A stretch of 64,000 nucleotides of DNA, taken from Podarcis liolepis. Lineage: Eukaryota. Below, in pieces: positions 1 through 11,869 of this stretch (positions are counted from its first letter, which is position 1; each line of letters opens with the position of its first letter). Position numbers and translations under genes: made by a program. Under the pieces are notes generated by a model, which saw only the letters and a list, made by a program, of their open reading frames with translations, was not told the DNA's origin and did no database searches. The DNA is taken from NCBI GenBank assembly GCA_965112155.1, contig OZ218101.1, one strand, 5' to 3'.

Positions 1-435
1 TAATGAAATGAAAAGTCTGGCTTCCTTGCTTCAACTTACTGGCTTTGTAAAATTTGATTTATGGGTTGTGGTAGCTTACTGCGTATATTTCTAAAAGCTC
101 GCTTTAAAAATATATGCGCTTTGTCTATTGCTTGTGGAAGAAGGAGAGGGGGAAAGAAAGGATGTCATATGTTGTGTGTGTGTGTGTCTGTGGGGAAAAG
201 CCTACATGTGCAGGCTTACCACACGCTTTGGAATGCTATAGAGTCAGGGTCTACAACATGTGGAAAGGCTATGCGGATAGAAGTCTACTCATGTAGTCTT
301 TGCTCTGCAAACATCAATGCCTAATGCACATCCAATGCTTTTTCTACAAGTACCAGGGAGCTAAGTTTATTATCCAGTTCATCACTGCATTTAGGCACTA
401 GTCCAGGGCTTGCACAGTCTCTCCTGACTCAGATG

Positions 436-824
436 CAGTGTTGTTGTTGTTGTTTTTTGGGGGGGACGCAGGGGTATGCATACCCCTAAACATTTTGTGA
501 ATTAACGGGAGAAGAAACTAAAAAAAAAAAAAAATAGTTTCTTCTGTAGCATGGTGAATCGCCTGTTCCGTTGAATAGCATGGTGAATTGTAAGTTCCGT
601 TGCTACCCCTGATGGCAGCCTCACTTCCTGTCATGGTGTTTCCTGAGTCTCAGACGGAAGCGAGCGTTTAATGTGTGAAGTAGGAGTTGGAATCTAGAAC
701 AGTGATTGGTCAGTTTCACTGTTACTATCTCCAATGGCAGCTTCCTTTCCTTTCCCGGTGATTTTCTTGAGTCAAAATAAGAGTACCCTTAAACATTTTT
801 TTTTTTTTTTAGAAAAAAGCACTG
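436..824. mobile_element. hAT-type non-autonomous DNA transposon (CAGTG...CACTG family)
   Basis: Termini CAGTG / AAAAAAGCACTG, perfect 8-bp TSD CTCAGATG (428-435, 825-832); shares subterminal GGGG.ACGCAG.GGTA.GCATACCCC.AAACATTT with copies at 31239 and 54545. Confidence 0.9.
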
Positions 825-1231
825 CTCAGATGTAGTAGAGAAATAAGAGTTGGTCATAATGATCACTTCCCAATGGATTCATAACTGCATTGGGGACAAA
901 ATACTGCCCTGTGGCACCCATGGTTGGCACTGGTAGGAGTTGGAGTCAAAACATCTGGAGGGCATTGCACTGGCGAACCTTGACTTAGAAGAATATAACC
1001 AATAATAGGACTAAACATTTAGATAGGGCTTTTCAAATATTCAGAGCATAAATATTTCACTACTCCTTTCAATGCAGCTCGGTACTATTATCGCCACATT
1101 AAAGGGGGGCGGGAAGGTTGAGAAATAAGTGGCTTGCCGCACACAATTCAGCAGAAATTGGAGCTGCTTACAACATGGATCCTCCATTTTCAGCCCTACA
1201 CTGAAGAATTCCACAGGGAAGTTGTTTGTGG

Positions 1232-1552
1232 TCATAGAATCATAGAAGTGTAGAGTTGGAAGGGGTCCCAGGGGTCATCTAGTCCAACCCCCTGCAATGC
1301 AGGAATCTCAACTGAAGCATCCATGACAGATGGCTACTCAACCTCTGCTTGAAAACCTCCCAGGAAGGAGAGTCCACCACCTCCCAAAGGAGGTCCATTC
1401 CACGGCCCAACAGCTCGTACCTTCAGAAAGCTCTTCCTGGTGTTTAGCCAGAATGTCCATTGTTGTAACTTGAATTCATTGGCTCGGGTCGTACCCTCTG
1501 GAACAAGCTTGCTCCATCTTCCATGTCACAGCCCATTAAATATTTGAAGATG
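1232..1552 (-). mobile_element. CR1 LINE 3' fragment
   Basis: Begins with TCATAGAATCATAGAA (reverse complement of the CR1 (ATTCTATG)n tail); similar to the reverse complement of the CR1 copy ending at 54518. Confidence 0.85.
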
Positions 1553-2139
1553 GTGGGCGGTATCCACAAGATGCAAGTCGCACCCCATGAGAACCAGCCT
1601 CTGTAAGGTCTGGTTTTCAAACAGCCATCATAGTGCTGCATGGAAGCAGACTCCTTCCATACAGCAGTTTATTGTGGACTTGGGGCTGCAGGTTTTTCAC
1701 AGCATCCACACTACGTCATCAAAATGTCATCCCATATTTCTCCCCCCATCAATCTAATCTGAATTTATTTTTTCCATCGCTTTGTTTCTTTATCAGATTT
1801 TCAGTGGGAGTGGTAAATGGGGAAATCATATCTGGTGCCATTTTGATGATTTGTGAGCAGCATTACGTCCACAATAAAGTGCCAAGTGGAAACAACTTCA
1901 GACAAAATATTTCTGGCTAAAACCAAAGGCAGGAAACGTAGCTTTGCGCTGTCCACAGACCAACCCCAACCCCTTCTCCTTCCTACAAAGTAGTTCCTGT
2001 AGGTTTTGGGCTTTCCTTGTCTGGAAACAAGGAACAACCAACAAAGTTGGAAACAACCAACACCACTGAATTGCTTTTACTTTGTGCTCCCACTAACCAA
2101 ATAGAAAAGGGAAATGTATTTGTTTTAAATTCCTCACAG

Positions 2140-2229
2140 TTTGAGAGTTCACCACTGAAAAGCAGCCATACAGATATGTTCATGATCAGAAATGACTTGA
2201 ATTTGTACACATGGGATAAACTTGTATCT
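2140..2229 (+). other. Candidate 90-nt internal exon of an unidentified transcript
   Basis: Acceptor TTTTAAATTCCTCACAG and donor GTAAGT; open only in frame 0 (FESSPLKSSHTDMFMIRNDLNLYTWDKLVS); protein not recognised. Confidence 0.3.
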
Positions 2230-2882
2230 GTAAGTATAGACCACCACAAATAAACTGGAGCTATCGATTGAAGATGCCATTGAAATTTTGTTGGCAAACC
2301 CAATCTCTGGCCAATCTTTTCTCTCCTATATATTAATTAGCAAAGGCTGCTAACATTCTATCAGCATGAGGTCTAGAACCACTGAATCTTCATTGTGGCC
2401 TAGCACACATCTCGATTATGCCCTCTGATCATATGATAGTGGATAACAACCCAAAAGCTAAATAAGTTGATCCGCGCTGTCTGTCCAATAACAAAGAAAC
2501 CTGTTAACTCAGCTTGCTTATCCTTTGGTTTTCGCAAAGTTCCTAACCTAGTATTTTCTCATTATTAGGGCTTGATGTAAGAACAGTTGAGCTGGACTAC
2601 ATTAGATTGACATCTGATCACTGAATTAGATTAACATTTTCCCAAATATTTGGATTATCTCAAATTGTTCACCTAGAGAGAGTTAAGAGTTTTGGAAACC
2701 AGGCTTTCTGGGCAATGCAACAATGCCAGGTTAAAACTGCTTAGACACCTGTTTCCCATGTTACTTTGGAGCTTGTAATCTACTATTTGCAGCCTCCAAA
2801 TCATTCATTGACCTCAGTAATAGTTTTTTTAAGATGCTCTCAGTGCAGTTGCTATTTATAGTTTACAGGAAATATGAGATGA

Positions 2883-2929
<47 letters not shown>
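2883..2929. repeat. (ATT)n microsatellite
   Basis: About 15 perfect ATT units. Confidence 0.97.
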
Positions 2930-2930
<1 letters not shown>

Positions 2931-3744
2931 AAAAAGACTAGGGCCTATGTTTGGGGGCTGAGGGAAGTAGGAATTTACTTCCATCAAAGAAAAATGTCAG
3001 ACTAATGCATACTGAGTTGAAGCTGGTTTTAAATCAATATCACTATGTCTCAGATCGATGGCTTAGCAAGCAAATTATTTTTGCAGAGCTATCGACTTTC
3101 TAGGAGGGCAATGCTGTGTGCACTTAGATCATATAAGCTTCTGCCTTGGCTATGATAATAATCAAGACAGATTTGTAGGTCACCTTGAAAGTGATAAGAC
3201 TTAGAAATGTTTCATCAAAAACAGAAGCAGAATATTAAAGATAGATGGGGCAGAGAGTCATTTATTTGTTGTTTAAGGTGTTCTGATTTATTATTTTATT
3301 TTTACATCACTGTTACTATTATTATTACTATTAAAGTTACCTTGCTTTTTTTGCACAGGCGGGGTAGAGGAGTCTTAAATAAATAAGCATGCCTTTTTTC
3401 CTGAGGGCACTATATTGACTGTCTAGTTTAAAAGGCTTTTTCCACGCAGTCATTTTTTATACTCTGCAAACAAACACACTTTCCCTGTTGTGAACCTTAA
3501 TTCACAGCTGTCCCCACATCACTCATGACCTATGGAAAGGCACTCCTTGCGCTGGTAGAAAGCTTTACCTGTAATTCTAATCCTATTTCCAAATAGGATT
3601 GGAGCTTTCATATGTATATTGACTATGTAACTCATCACAAAAATATTGCTACACTAAAATACAGAATATCTGATCTCATCCCACCCACCCCCCAGCACCA
3701 CAAACACCCTTGCTCAAGGGGCAGCAATCACTTGTCCACCAGGC

Positions 3745-3783
<39 letters not shown>
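3745..3783. repeat. (GATA)n microsatellite
   Basis: About 9-10 TAGA units. Confidence 0.97.
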
Positions 3784-4045
3784 GGTTACACTTCCTCTGA
3801 AGGAAAAGTTTCATAGCTTGGGGGTACTCCTGGATCCTTTGCTGTTGCTCGAGGCTCAGGTAGCCTCAGTGGCCCAGAGCGCCTTCCATCAGCTTTGGCT
3901 GGTGGTCCAGCTATGCCCCTATTTGGACAGGACTAGCCTAACTACTGTTTGTCTATGCTCTGGTAACCTCAAGGTTAGATTACTGCAATGCATTATATGT
4001 AGGGCTGCCTCTGAAGGTGGTTCAGAAACTTCAGCTAGTGCAACT
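3784..4045 (+). mobile_element. L2-clade LINE ORF2 fragment (degenerate)
   Basis: Translates LGVLLDPLL..EAQVASVAQSAFHQL.LV.QLCPYLD, then in a shifted frame [19 protein letters not shown], typical of the L2/CR1-group post-RT region. Confidence 0.8.
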
Positions 4046-4936
4046 AGTGGGCCTTTCAGTGATTTAATCTTGGGGGGCGTTGTGTGCTGTTTTTGTTGCA
4101 TCTATTTATTTTTGATGTTATGTTTTTCTGTGTTATTTAATATCTGCATTCTTCTCTTATTGGAGGAGAACTAGATGCTATGGGACAGCATGCAAATGCC
4201 ACAAATAAACAACTTCCTGAAAGCCATTTCATTTCTGAGATTAGTCTACAGTATATCATGTTTATCTGAAAATGTAAAGACCAGTGTGACATGGGACAAA
4301 GCAATCTGATCTCACTTGATGCAAACTCCAGCAGAAAACCCAGCACAGTCCCTTTGGTATGTTTTTAAGCCACAGAGACAGATAGAGAGCTGTGGTGACA
4401 TGGGCTGTGAAACAAAACTGCCTAACTTTTTCCTATGCTAAAGAGATGTTAAAAATAAATGAGTATCCATTTACTCTGATTTTCCACACATGCAATTGAT
4501 AACATCTCCCAAAACATGCAATTAGCCAATCTGTGAGTCATTCTTTCTAATTTAGCATTCATATTGGAAGGGCAGTGTAAGTGGTTATCAACATGATTTA
4601 AACTACCCTGTTACCATATTGATGGCTACTTGCCATCACGGCTATGCTGTGCCTTCACAGTTAGAGGCTGTAATGCTTCTGAATACTAGTTGCAGGAAAC
4701 CACTGGGAGGTAGTGTGCTTCTGTGTTCGAATCCTGCTTGCAGGTCTCCTTTAGGCTGGACTAGATGGACCATTGGCTTGATCAAGCAGACTCTTCTTAT
4801 AGAGGCTCAGTGGTAGTTTGGATCCATAGATTTACAGACAGGACTTAGAAGACGTGCAATTGTATTAGGATTCCTTTATGTACTACATTTTGTGGATCCA
4901 GATTTGCAGCAGCATATAAATGTAAGAATGGATCTA

Positions 4937-5436
4937 CCATATTTTTCGCTGTATAAGACGCACATTTCCCCTCCAAAAATTAAGGGGAAATGTGTGTGCG
5001 TCTTATGGAGCGAATGCTTGGCTTCAGCGATAGCAACGCGAAGCCTCAGAAGCACAGTGGGAGCGCTCCCGCCACACTCCGGAGGCTTCGGGTTGCCTTC
5101 ACTGAAGCCTGGAGAGCAAGAGGGGTCAGTACGCACCGACCCCTCTTGCTCTCCAGGCTTCCAAGGTAGCCACCTGAAGCCTCCAGAGTGCAGTGGGAAC
5201 TCCCGCTATGCTCCGGAGGCTTTGGGTTGCCTTCACTGAAGGCGAAGGCAATGTGGGGGAGCTGCACAGCGCCCCTTCAATGAAGTGGGAGGAGAAATGG
5301 AAGGGGCTCCGTTTCTCCTGCTGCTTCGCTGAAGGGGCACTGCACAGAGAGGGGGAGAATTTTTGTTTCTTGTTCTCCCCCTCTAAAACAAGGTGTGTCC
5401 TATGGTCAGGTGCGTGCTATAGAGTGAAAAATACGG
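4937..5436. mobile_element. Tc1/mariner (Tc2-like) MITE with internal palindrome
   Basis: TIRs CCATATTTTTCGCTGTATA / TATAGAGTGAAAAATACGG with TA on both sides; 24-bp perfect internal inverted repeat 5104-5161. Confidence 0.85.
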
Positions 5437-8400
5437 TACTTTCTCAATATTCCTTCAACTTCACGAGACTGATAATCCACCTATAAACTGGATGCACATT
5501 TAATTTATGTTATCTTTTGTTTATGCTTTTGTGCTTTTACTTTTAAATTTTTATTATTATTATTGATTTAAAATGTGCTTGTGGTGTTATTAATGTTAAG
5601 TGTAAGCTGCTTCAAGATACTTGTGCTGAAGAGTGGCATGGCAATTTCCCAAAATGAATAAATACATACGTTTTCTTTCTTTTCTCTATCTTCATATTCC
5701 TCTCTCTCCCCCTTTTTTCTCTCCAAACGATGTGTTTGGTATTGTCATTCAACTCATGGAACACCTTAGGTAAGAGGATCTCTGTTGGTAGAAGAACATA
5801 TTCTATTTAAAAGGTGGTTTAAAACGAACAGGCATGGGCTGCATGGAGCAAGCTAGCATTTATTTAGCTGCCATATTTTCTTTATTGCACATCATGGACA
5901 TGATCACATTTCTCTTCAACTTATTAGACATTGATTTCTGCCAGAGACAAAAACAGTATTTTATTTATATACCTTGATTTATAGCTATTTTATTATGAAC
6001 GCTTGAAGAAGTAATAATAACTACAGAAACAGAACTGGGGGAAAGCTCAATTGAACAGAATAAAATGCAATAAAACTGAAACGAAACAGTAAATCAAACA
6101 GACTAAAGCACAATAATGTGGTAGTTAAAGAAATCACCCCTTCTTCTGACTAACCCCTAAATGCCTGTAGACTAGAGTCAATTGGCACATAAACTGCTAA
6201 TTGAAGTCCCAACAATCTAGACTATGCATTTTGAAGTAGGAGATATATTAGCAGTGTAGTATTCCTTTATGGTTTGTTTGTTTTTAATTAAAAAAAACAA
6301 GTTGATGGATACAAGAAGCAGCTGGAAATAAACACAAGAGGTTTGTTTATGTTTGAAATTGTGCCTGTCAATCAGTGTTGATATATAATGAATAAAATTT
6401 TACCCAGAATGCTTGCGTTTGGCATCTTACAGATACAGTCCTGCAGATTAAATTACAGCACCGGCCTAGTTTTTAATGTAGGGTAGCCAGCTCCAGATAC
6501 TTAGAATATGTTGAACTGTATAGCTGTAATGACAAGAGAAATACAGGAAATACCGTACATCTAGGAGCCGTTCTCCATGTCCCTTGATAACACAACATTA
6601 CCCCACATCCGTTTTATGCACCGAATACTCTGTGGAACCATGCCACTTACATAACAAGACCACATGTCCTGCTAATTCGTTTCTCGTGGCCCGCTCATCT
6701 TCAACCAATAAACCTGGTGACGTTTCCTTCTATCATTGTTTCCAGAAAAAATAAGGGAGGCACATCCACTCTGCTTCCTTCTCTCTCCCCACCCCCCACC
6801 CCAATATTCTCAGGGCATAATTTCAGAGCTGCAATGGCCCAGTCAGCATCTTCCTGCCTGCCAGCCCTTACATTACCTCATGGCCTTTTCCTCCCTGCTA
6901 ACACCAGAGGCACATTCCCCCACCCTCATAAATCACATGTGGAACAAATAAGTGAAGAGGAGTTGCTAGCAAAAACTATGAAGGGCGGAGGTGGGGGCGG
7001 GGAGTAGCTCAAGTGAATCATTGACTCAGACTTACTCTCACACATAAGCAGTGCACAGTTATTGCAGCCAAACCAAGTGCCAACTTTCACACATTCTCAG
7101 CTGCTTTAGTCCTATCAGCGAGGAGTGGGGAAGAGGGCAAGCTCATCCCTAAATATCCAACTGGCTGGCACAGATCTGGGAACGAAGGTGCCCATCTCAG
7201 CAGGCCTCTGGCCTCCAGGACATATCTTTCTAATTACTGCAAGCAGAGCTATTATTTTCCTATACCCATACATGTTTCCTCTGAAACAGTTTCTACACTG
7301 CATCTTTTTTTAAAAAAAAAAAACAACACTTTTCAAAAGGTTGTTTATAAAACTTGAATGGAAAGATTAAGACTTCTGAAAAAGGTCCAGTGGGAATAAG
7401 CCATCTCATCTTGAATGACAGGAGGATTGTTTTGTTTAATTCGGGTTACTCAATATAGCCAGATGAGATGCATCATTGCAACAGCCACAGCAACAACAGC
7501 AGCTAGGGATTCAAAGTAGGGGGAAGAAATGGGGCTAAAGCTGTTTATCTTTGAAATTGCAACAACCAAATGTCAATGTTTGATCCCGACTTAGGGGAAA
7601 TTCACAGAGGCTGAAACAGAAAGCAAAGTGGGAAGCAATTGCTTCCCTCAGCCATGGCTAACCTTCCAATACCGTACTGGTAATAAAACTGTGTAAGAAC
7701 GACATGCTTCTGTTTACATATTTTGCTTGGCACACATTTGTGTATTGCATGGCAATTAAGACAAAAATATGTTGTTTTCTAATTTAGAACTCAAATTTCA
7801 ACCTTTTTGTCTTTTACTGGCTGGAAATGACCATTCCTGTCGTAGGACAACCATCAAAAGGCAACCAAGTCAACGAAAAATGCCACTAGCTTTAGGATAC
7901 TGTTTCTAGAAAGCTGCTCTGACAAGCCCAAGATACATACAGTACCAGAATCGAGAGACTGCACTGGGCAACAACAGCAGCTGTGCTCTTTCCATCACTG
8001 CCCTTTGGAAGTGGTTGGAGCAGCCATAATAGCTGTGGCCTAGGTGGCATAATACCAGAATTCAGGCCAGGTGTCAGCCTCCAGTGATATGGGGCACAAT
8101 GCTTGTGCCCACCAGTGGGGGCTGACACCCCCCCCCCCCCCGCGCGCGCTGCTTTATTTGTCCTGGCACTCAGCAGAAAAGCACTGGGTGCAGAGAAGCA
8201 CCATACTCCATAACAGAGGTTAGTAGATGGTAGATCACAATGCAGGGATAGATCTCTGGGTGAATTGCAGTACACCAGAAAGGTGTGAAACAAGCAGTGA
8301 TTTTATGAGCAGCAGGCCTTGTGAGCTGGGTTGTGGTACATACACAGCCAGCCCAGCCATGAGACAGAGTGAGGCAGATGCGTTGGGCAGCAGAAGCCCA

Positions 8401-8678
8401 AGAGGTGGTGCTCCCCTGGATATAGGTCCCCAGTGTATTAAGTTGGTTTCACAAAGAGCAGTTACAAGGCCTACTATTCTCTCCTTGCCTCTCTGTCCAA
8501 CTCCCTCTGTCTCTACTTCCTGTTCCTCCTTCAGGCACGTCTCCCTGCTATTGCTGGTTATAATTCTGAACTCCATACATCCTGTTGCAGCCAGGCACTC
8601 CAAGACTGAGGTACTGTTGGCCAGGAGCTGTTGAAACTGTCTCCAGGGCCAGGAGCCTTGGCAAAACGTACACTCAGC

Positions 8679-9177
8679 CATAGACACCAACTCCATGGGG
8701 CCTGAGGGGGCCCGAGCCCCCTCAAAAATTCGTTTGGGGGGGCTCTGCCCCCCCAATAATTTAAGAAAATTATTAGGCACCTTGCCAAAAACCGCGCAGG
8801 GGACTCCGGCGCGCGCCTCCCAAAGTGACCGGGAGCTCCTGAGAAGGGGCGGGCAGGTCGGTCAGTCAGAGGAAGACCCCCAGCGGCGGGACTTTAGAAA
8901 GGAATGGAGCCGCGGGGCCGAGGAACGGCGTATTCGTCGCCGGCGAGGGACCGGGGTGAGGGGAGAATGTGAGGGGACGGGAGTTCCCGCCGCCGGAGCG
9001 GGGCTTTTTTTCTGGGTTCGGCTAAGGTGAGGTTGGTAGGAGGGGGTGGCCGCCTCCCGGCGCGAAGCCTGGGGAGGGCAGGTCGGTTCTTGCATGCAAA
9101 AGCACCACTGCCATCCTGCCGCCAGTATGGACCCCGGTATGGGCCCCCCCAATATTTTTTATAAGTCGGCGCCCCTG
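8679..9177. mobile_element. CpG-rich hAT-type non-autonomous transposon
   Basis: Perfect 8-bp TSD CACTCAGC (8671-8678, 9178-9185); imperfect TIRs CATAGACACCAACT / AGTCGGCGCCCCTG. Confidence 0.88.
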
Positions 9178-10794
9178 CACTCAGCCATCTGAAACACACA
9201 ATACCTTGGAGGAGCTAAATATGCCGTGGGTTTCCCAGGGGTCTCTTGGCTATGTTGATGTTTGGAGGAGGACACCAGCAGACCCATCTGTGGACTAAGA
9301 GCTAAGAAAGAAGCAGCAGTAGCAACAGCTGAAGTTCTTGGGATGCTAGATGGAATGTTAATTTTTTTAAAAATCACACTTGATGGTGTTAGAAATTTAG
9401 GAGGGGCGTAGCATAGATAAACAATTTCATATATGAGTTTGTGTGTGATGGGAAACCTTCTCCACATAAAAAGAGGACAACCAAACTTTCTTGAAGCCTT
9501 TTCCTTCTATAGCAGCTCTAAGTCTGCTGATTTGTATTCTCTCTGTGGAAGCAAGGTTCATTAGCATTCCTGCAAGGATCACCCACTAACCCATTTGGCT
9601 GCATTCCTAAACACACTTGCCTATAAGCAAGAGGATCTGAAACAAGTGAGACATACAGATGAGTAACCACGTTGAGGATTGAAGGCCTTCTAAGTCGAGT
9701 GAAATAAACTATTGAAATAGGGTGCTTTTGAAAAGGAGGGGGTACCTGGGGTACCCTTCCCCCTTGCACCAATGACCTTGTTGCTGATTTACAGAGCCCT
9801 GCAGAGTAATATCCATCAGAAATTTTGATGCGTCGGAGGGAAATGACACAGTGACGGCAATGCACTTTCTCTCCCCCCCACCCCCGTGATCGAATTATAG
9901 AGGAGGAAAGAGAATACAAAGTGAGCTGTAAACAGTGGGTACAAAAGCTTCTCTGTGCTGTCTGCTGACCTACTCAGACTAGCAGCTTTATCAATAAATT
10001 GCATTATCTATGCTCGAGTTAGTCCCACCACAAAGGATATCTCTCAAGGTTATCAAGACCGTGCTTAACTGTAAAGATTTCTGAAGATTAAGGCTGTCAG
10101 GTGCCCCTTAGTTTAAAGGGCTCATTTCCCCCACCTCACCACTGCCTGAAGCACCACAGTTTCCAAGCATCTTCTTTCTAAAAACTGCCTTAAGATTCTA
10201 TAAGAAAGACCTGATCCAGCATTCAGTTGGGATACAAGGGCTTCAATGAGGACACAGAGCAGGCTGATAGGGGTGTGCATTGGCATTGTGTGTGCACCAA
10301 ATGGCAAGGTGTATCAGGGTGATTTAAAGAGCCGCCTTCTGAAGTGTAACATCTACAACAAAACCTCCCCCCCCCCATTGGATTTGGTGCCCCACAAAGC
10401 CCTGTGTCACTCTATTGCTCTGTTTCGATGTTTTTCTGTATCAATACAGCTCTGTATTTCCTATATATTTCTATGTTGCTCTTTGCAGGAACCTTGGGTT
10501 TCATATGCCTGTGCAACATGCACAACAGATACTGGATACAACAAGTATTTGGAGGTGACTCATACACTGGTCTTACATTTTCCTCAAGGGGTTGACTCAT
10601 ATGCCTGAAGAACGCTAGTTTCCATATGTTATCTACAATACTGCTATATTAAAGTTTTCAGTGGAGGGGCTCCTGGCAGTGAGGTGGGTAGGGATGAGTG
10701 AACCTGTCCATTTTGTTTTATCATTTTCCCAATCTTAAGTTCAGTGCTCCACATTTCCACATGAGTTTGCAAAAATAGAAAATTAAGTCATCAT

Positions 10795-10933
10795 GGATAG
10801 CTCAGTTGGTTATCAGCATGGTGCTGATAACACCAAGGTTGCAGGTTCAATCCCCATATGGTAAATCTGCCTATTCCTGCACTGCAGGGAGTTGGACTCG
10901 ATGATCCAACTCTACAATTCTATGATTCTATGA
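10795..10933 (+). mobile_element. tRNA-derived SINE with CR1-type tail
   Basis: A-box-like TAGCTCAGTTGG, B-box-like GGTTCAATCC, then TGCAGGGAGTTGGACTCGATGA..CCAACTCT and an (ATTCTATG)n tail. Confidence 0.85.
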
Positions 10934-11040
10934 AAATTCCTCAACATCTCTGCTTGAATTCTGCTAATATTTGTATGCAATTTTGAACAAGATATACCTT
11001 TTTGCAAAGGAATTTCCCCAAATATAATACTTTTTGCATA

Positions 11041-11278
11041 CAGTGGTACCTCGGGTTACATACGCCTCGGGTTGCATATGCTTCAGGTTACAGACTCTGC
11101 TAACCCAGAAATAGTGCCTCAGGTTAAGAACTTTGCTTCAGGATGAGAACAGAAATCATGCTCTGGCGGCACGTCGGCAGCAGGAGGCCCCATTGGCTAA
11201 AGTGGTGCTTCAGGTTAAGAACAGTTTCAGGTTCGAACAGTTCCGGAACGAATTAAGTACTTAACCCAGGTACCACTG
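11041..11278. mobile_element. Tc1/mariner (Tigger-like) MITE
   Basis: TIR CAGTGGTACCT / AGGTACCACTG, TA TSD; close copy at 45264-45505. Confidence 0.92.
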
Positions 11279-11295
11279 TATTATTTTCACTAATA

Positions 11296-11545
11296 CAGTC
11301 GTACCTTGGTTGACGAACGCCTTGTAAGTCAAATGTTTGGCTCCCAAACACCACAAAGCTGGAAGTGAGTGTTCCAGTTTGCGAACGTTGTTTGGAACCC
11401 AAACATCCAATGCGGCTTACGCAGCTTCTGATTGGCTGCAGGAGCTTCCTACAGCCAATCCGAAGCCATGCCTTGGTTTTCAAATGTATTTAGAAGTCGA
11501 ATGGACTTCCGGAACAGATTCCATTTGACTTCCAAGATACCATTG
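11296..11545. mobile_element. Tc1/mariner (Tigger-like) MITE, second family
   Basis: TIR CAGTCGTACCTTGG / CCAAGATACCATTG, TA flanks, internal inverted symmetry (GATTGGCTG..CAGCCAATC). Confidence 0.85.
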
Positions 11546-11817
11546 TACATGCATTTATACGCACACTTTAGTATATGCACGTTTGTATGCATTACTTGCC
11601 TGAAGAACTACATTGCAGAATTCAGAGAAGTGTAAATTTCGAAGGATGGCTGTATGTTGACTTATTACCAAAAGTGCAAATTTGGTAGGTTTACCTTTAA
11701 ACATGAACTGAATTTCTCCCCATCCCTAGAAATGGGTGGCTACCAGTGATGTCACCCCAATTGTGAAATGTCCCACCAGGTACCTTCTCCATTGTCCTTT
11801 GGGAACCAGGCAAAACC

Positions 11818-11818
<1 letters not shown>

Positions 11819-11868
<50 letters not shown>
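11819..11868. repeat. (ATT)n microsatellite
   Basis: About 16 ATT units; source of the poly-Tyr ORF. Confidence 0.97.

Positions 11869-11869
<1 letters not shown>

Larger units (their letters stand above)
10690..11727. repeat. Unclassified interspersed repeat hosting three nested insertions
   Basis: Non-nested parts resemble the reverse complement of 47444-47790 (e.g. CCTTTAAACATGAACTGAATTTCTCCCCATCCCTA vs GATGGGGTAGAAATTCAATTCAGTTCACATTTAAAGG). Confidence 0.6.

Noticed and set aside
8227-9199. Cluster of overlapping 96-181 aa ORFs, possible CpG-island gene
   Set aside because: Explained by a GC-rich transposon bounded by a TSD; low stop-codon density
10795-10865. tRNA gene
   Set aside because: Degenerate tRNA-like head fused to a CR1 tail, so a SINE; the same applies to the Sauria heads and the stub near 60036
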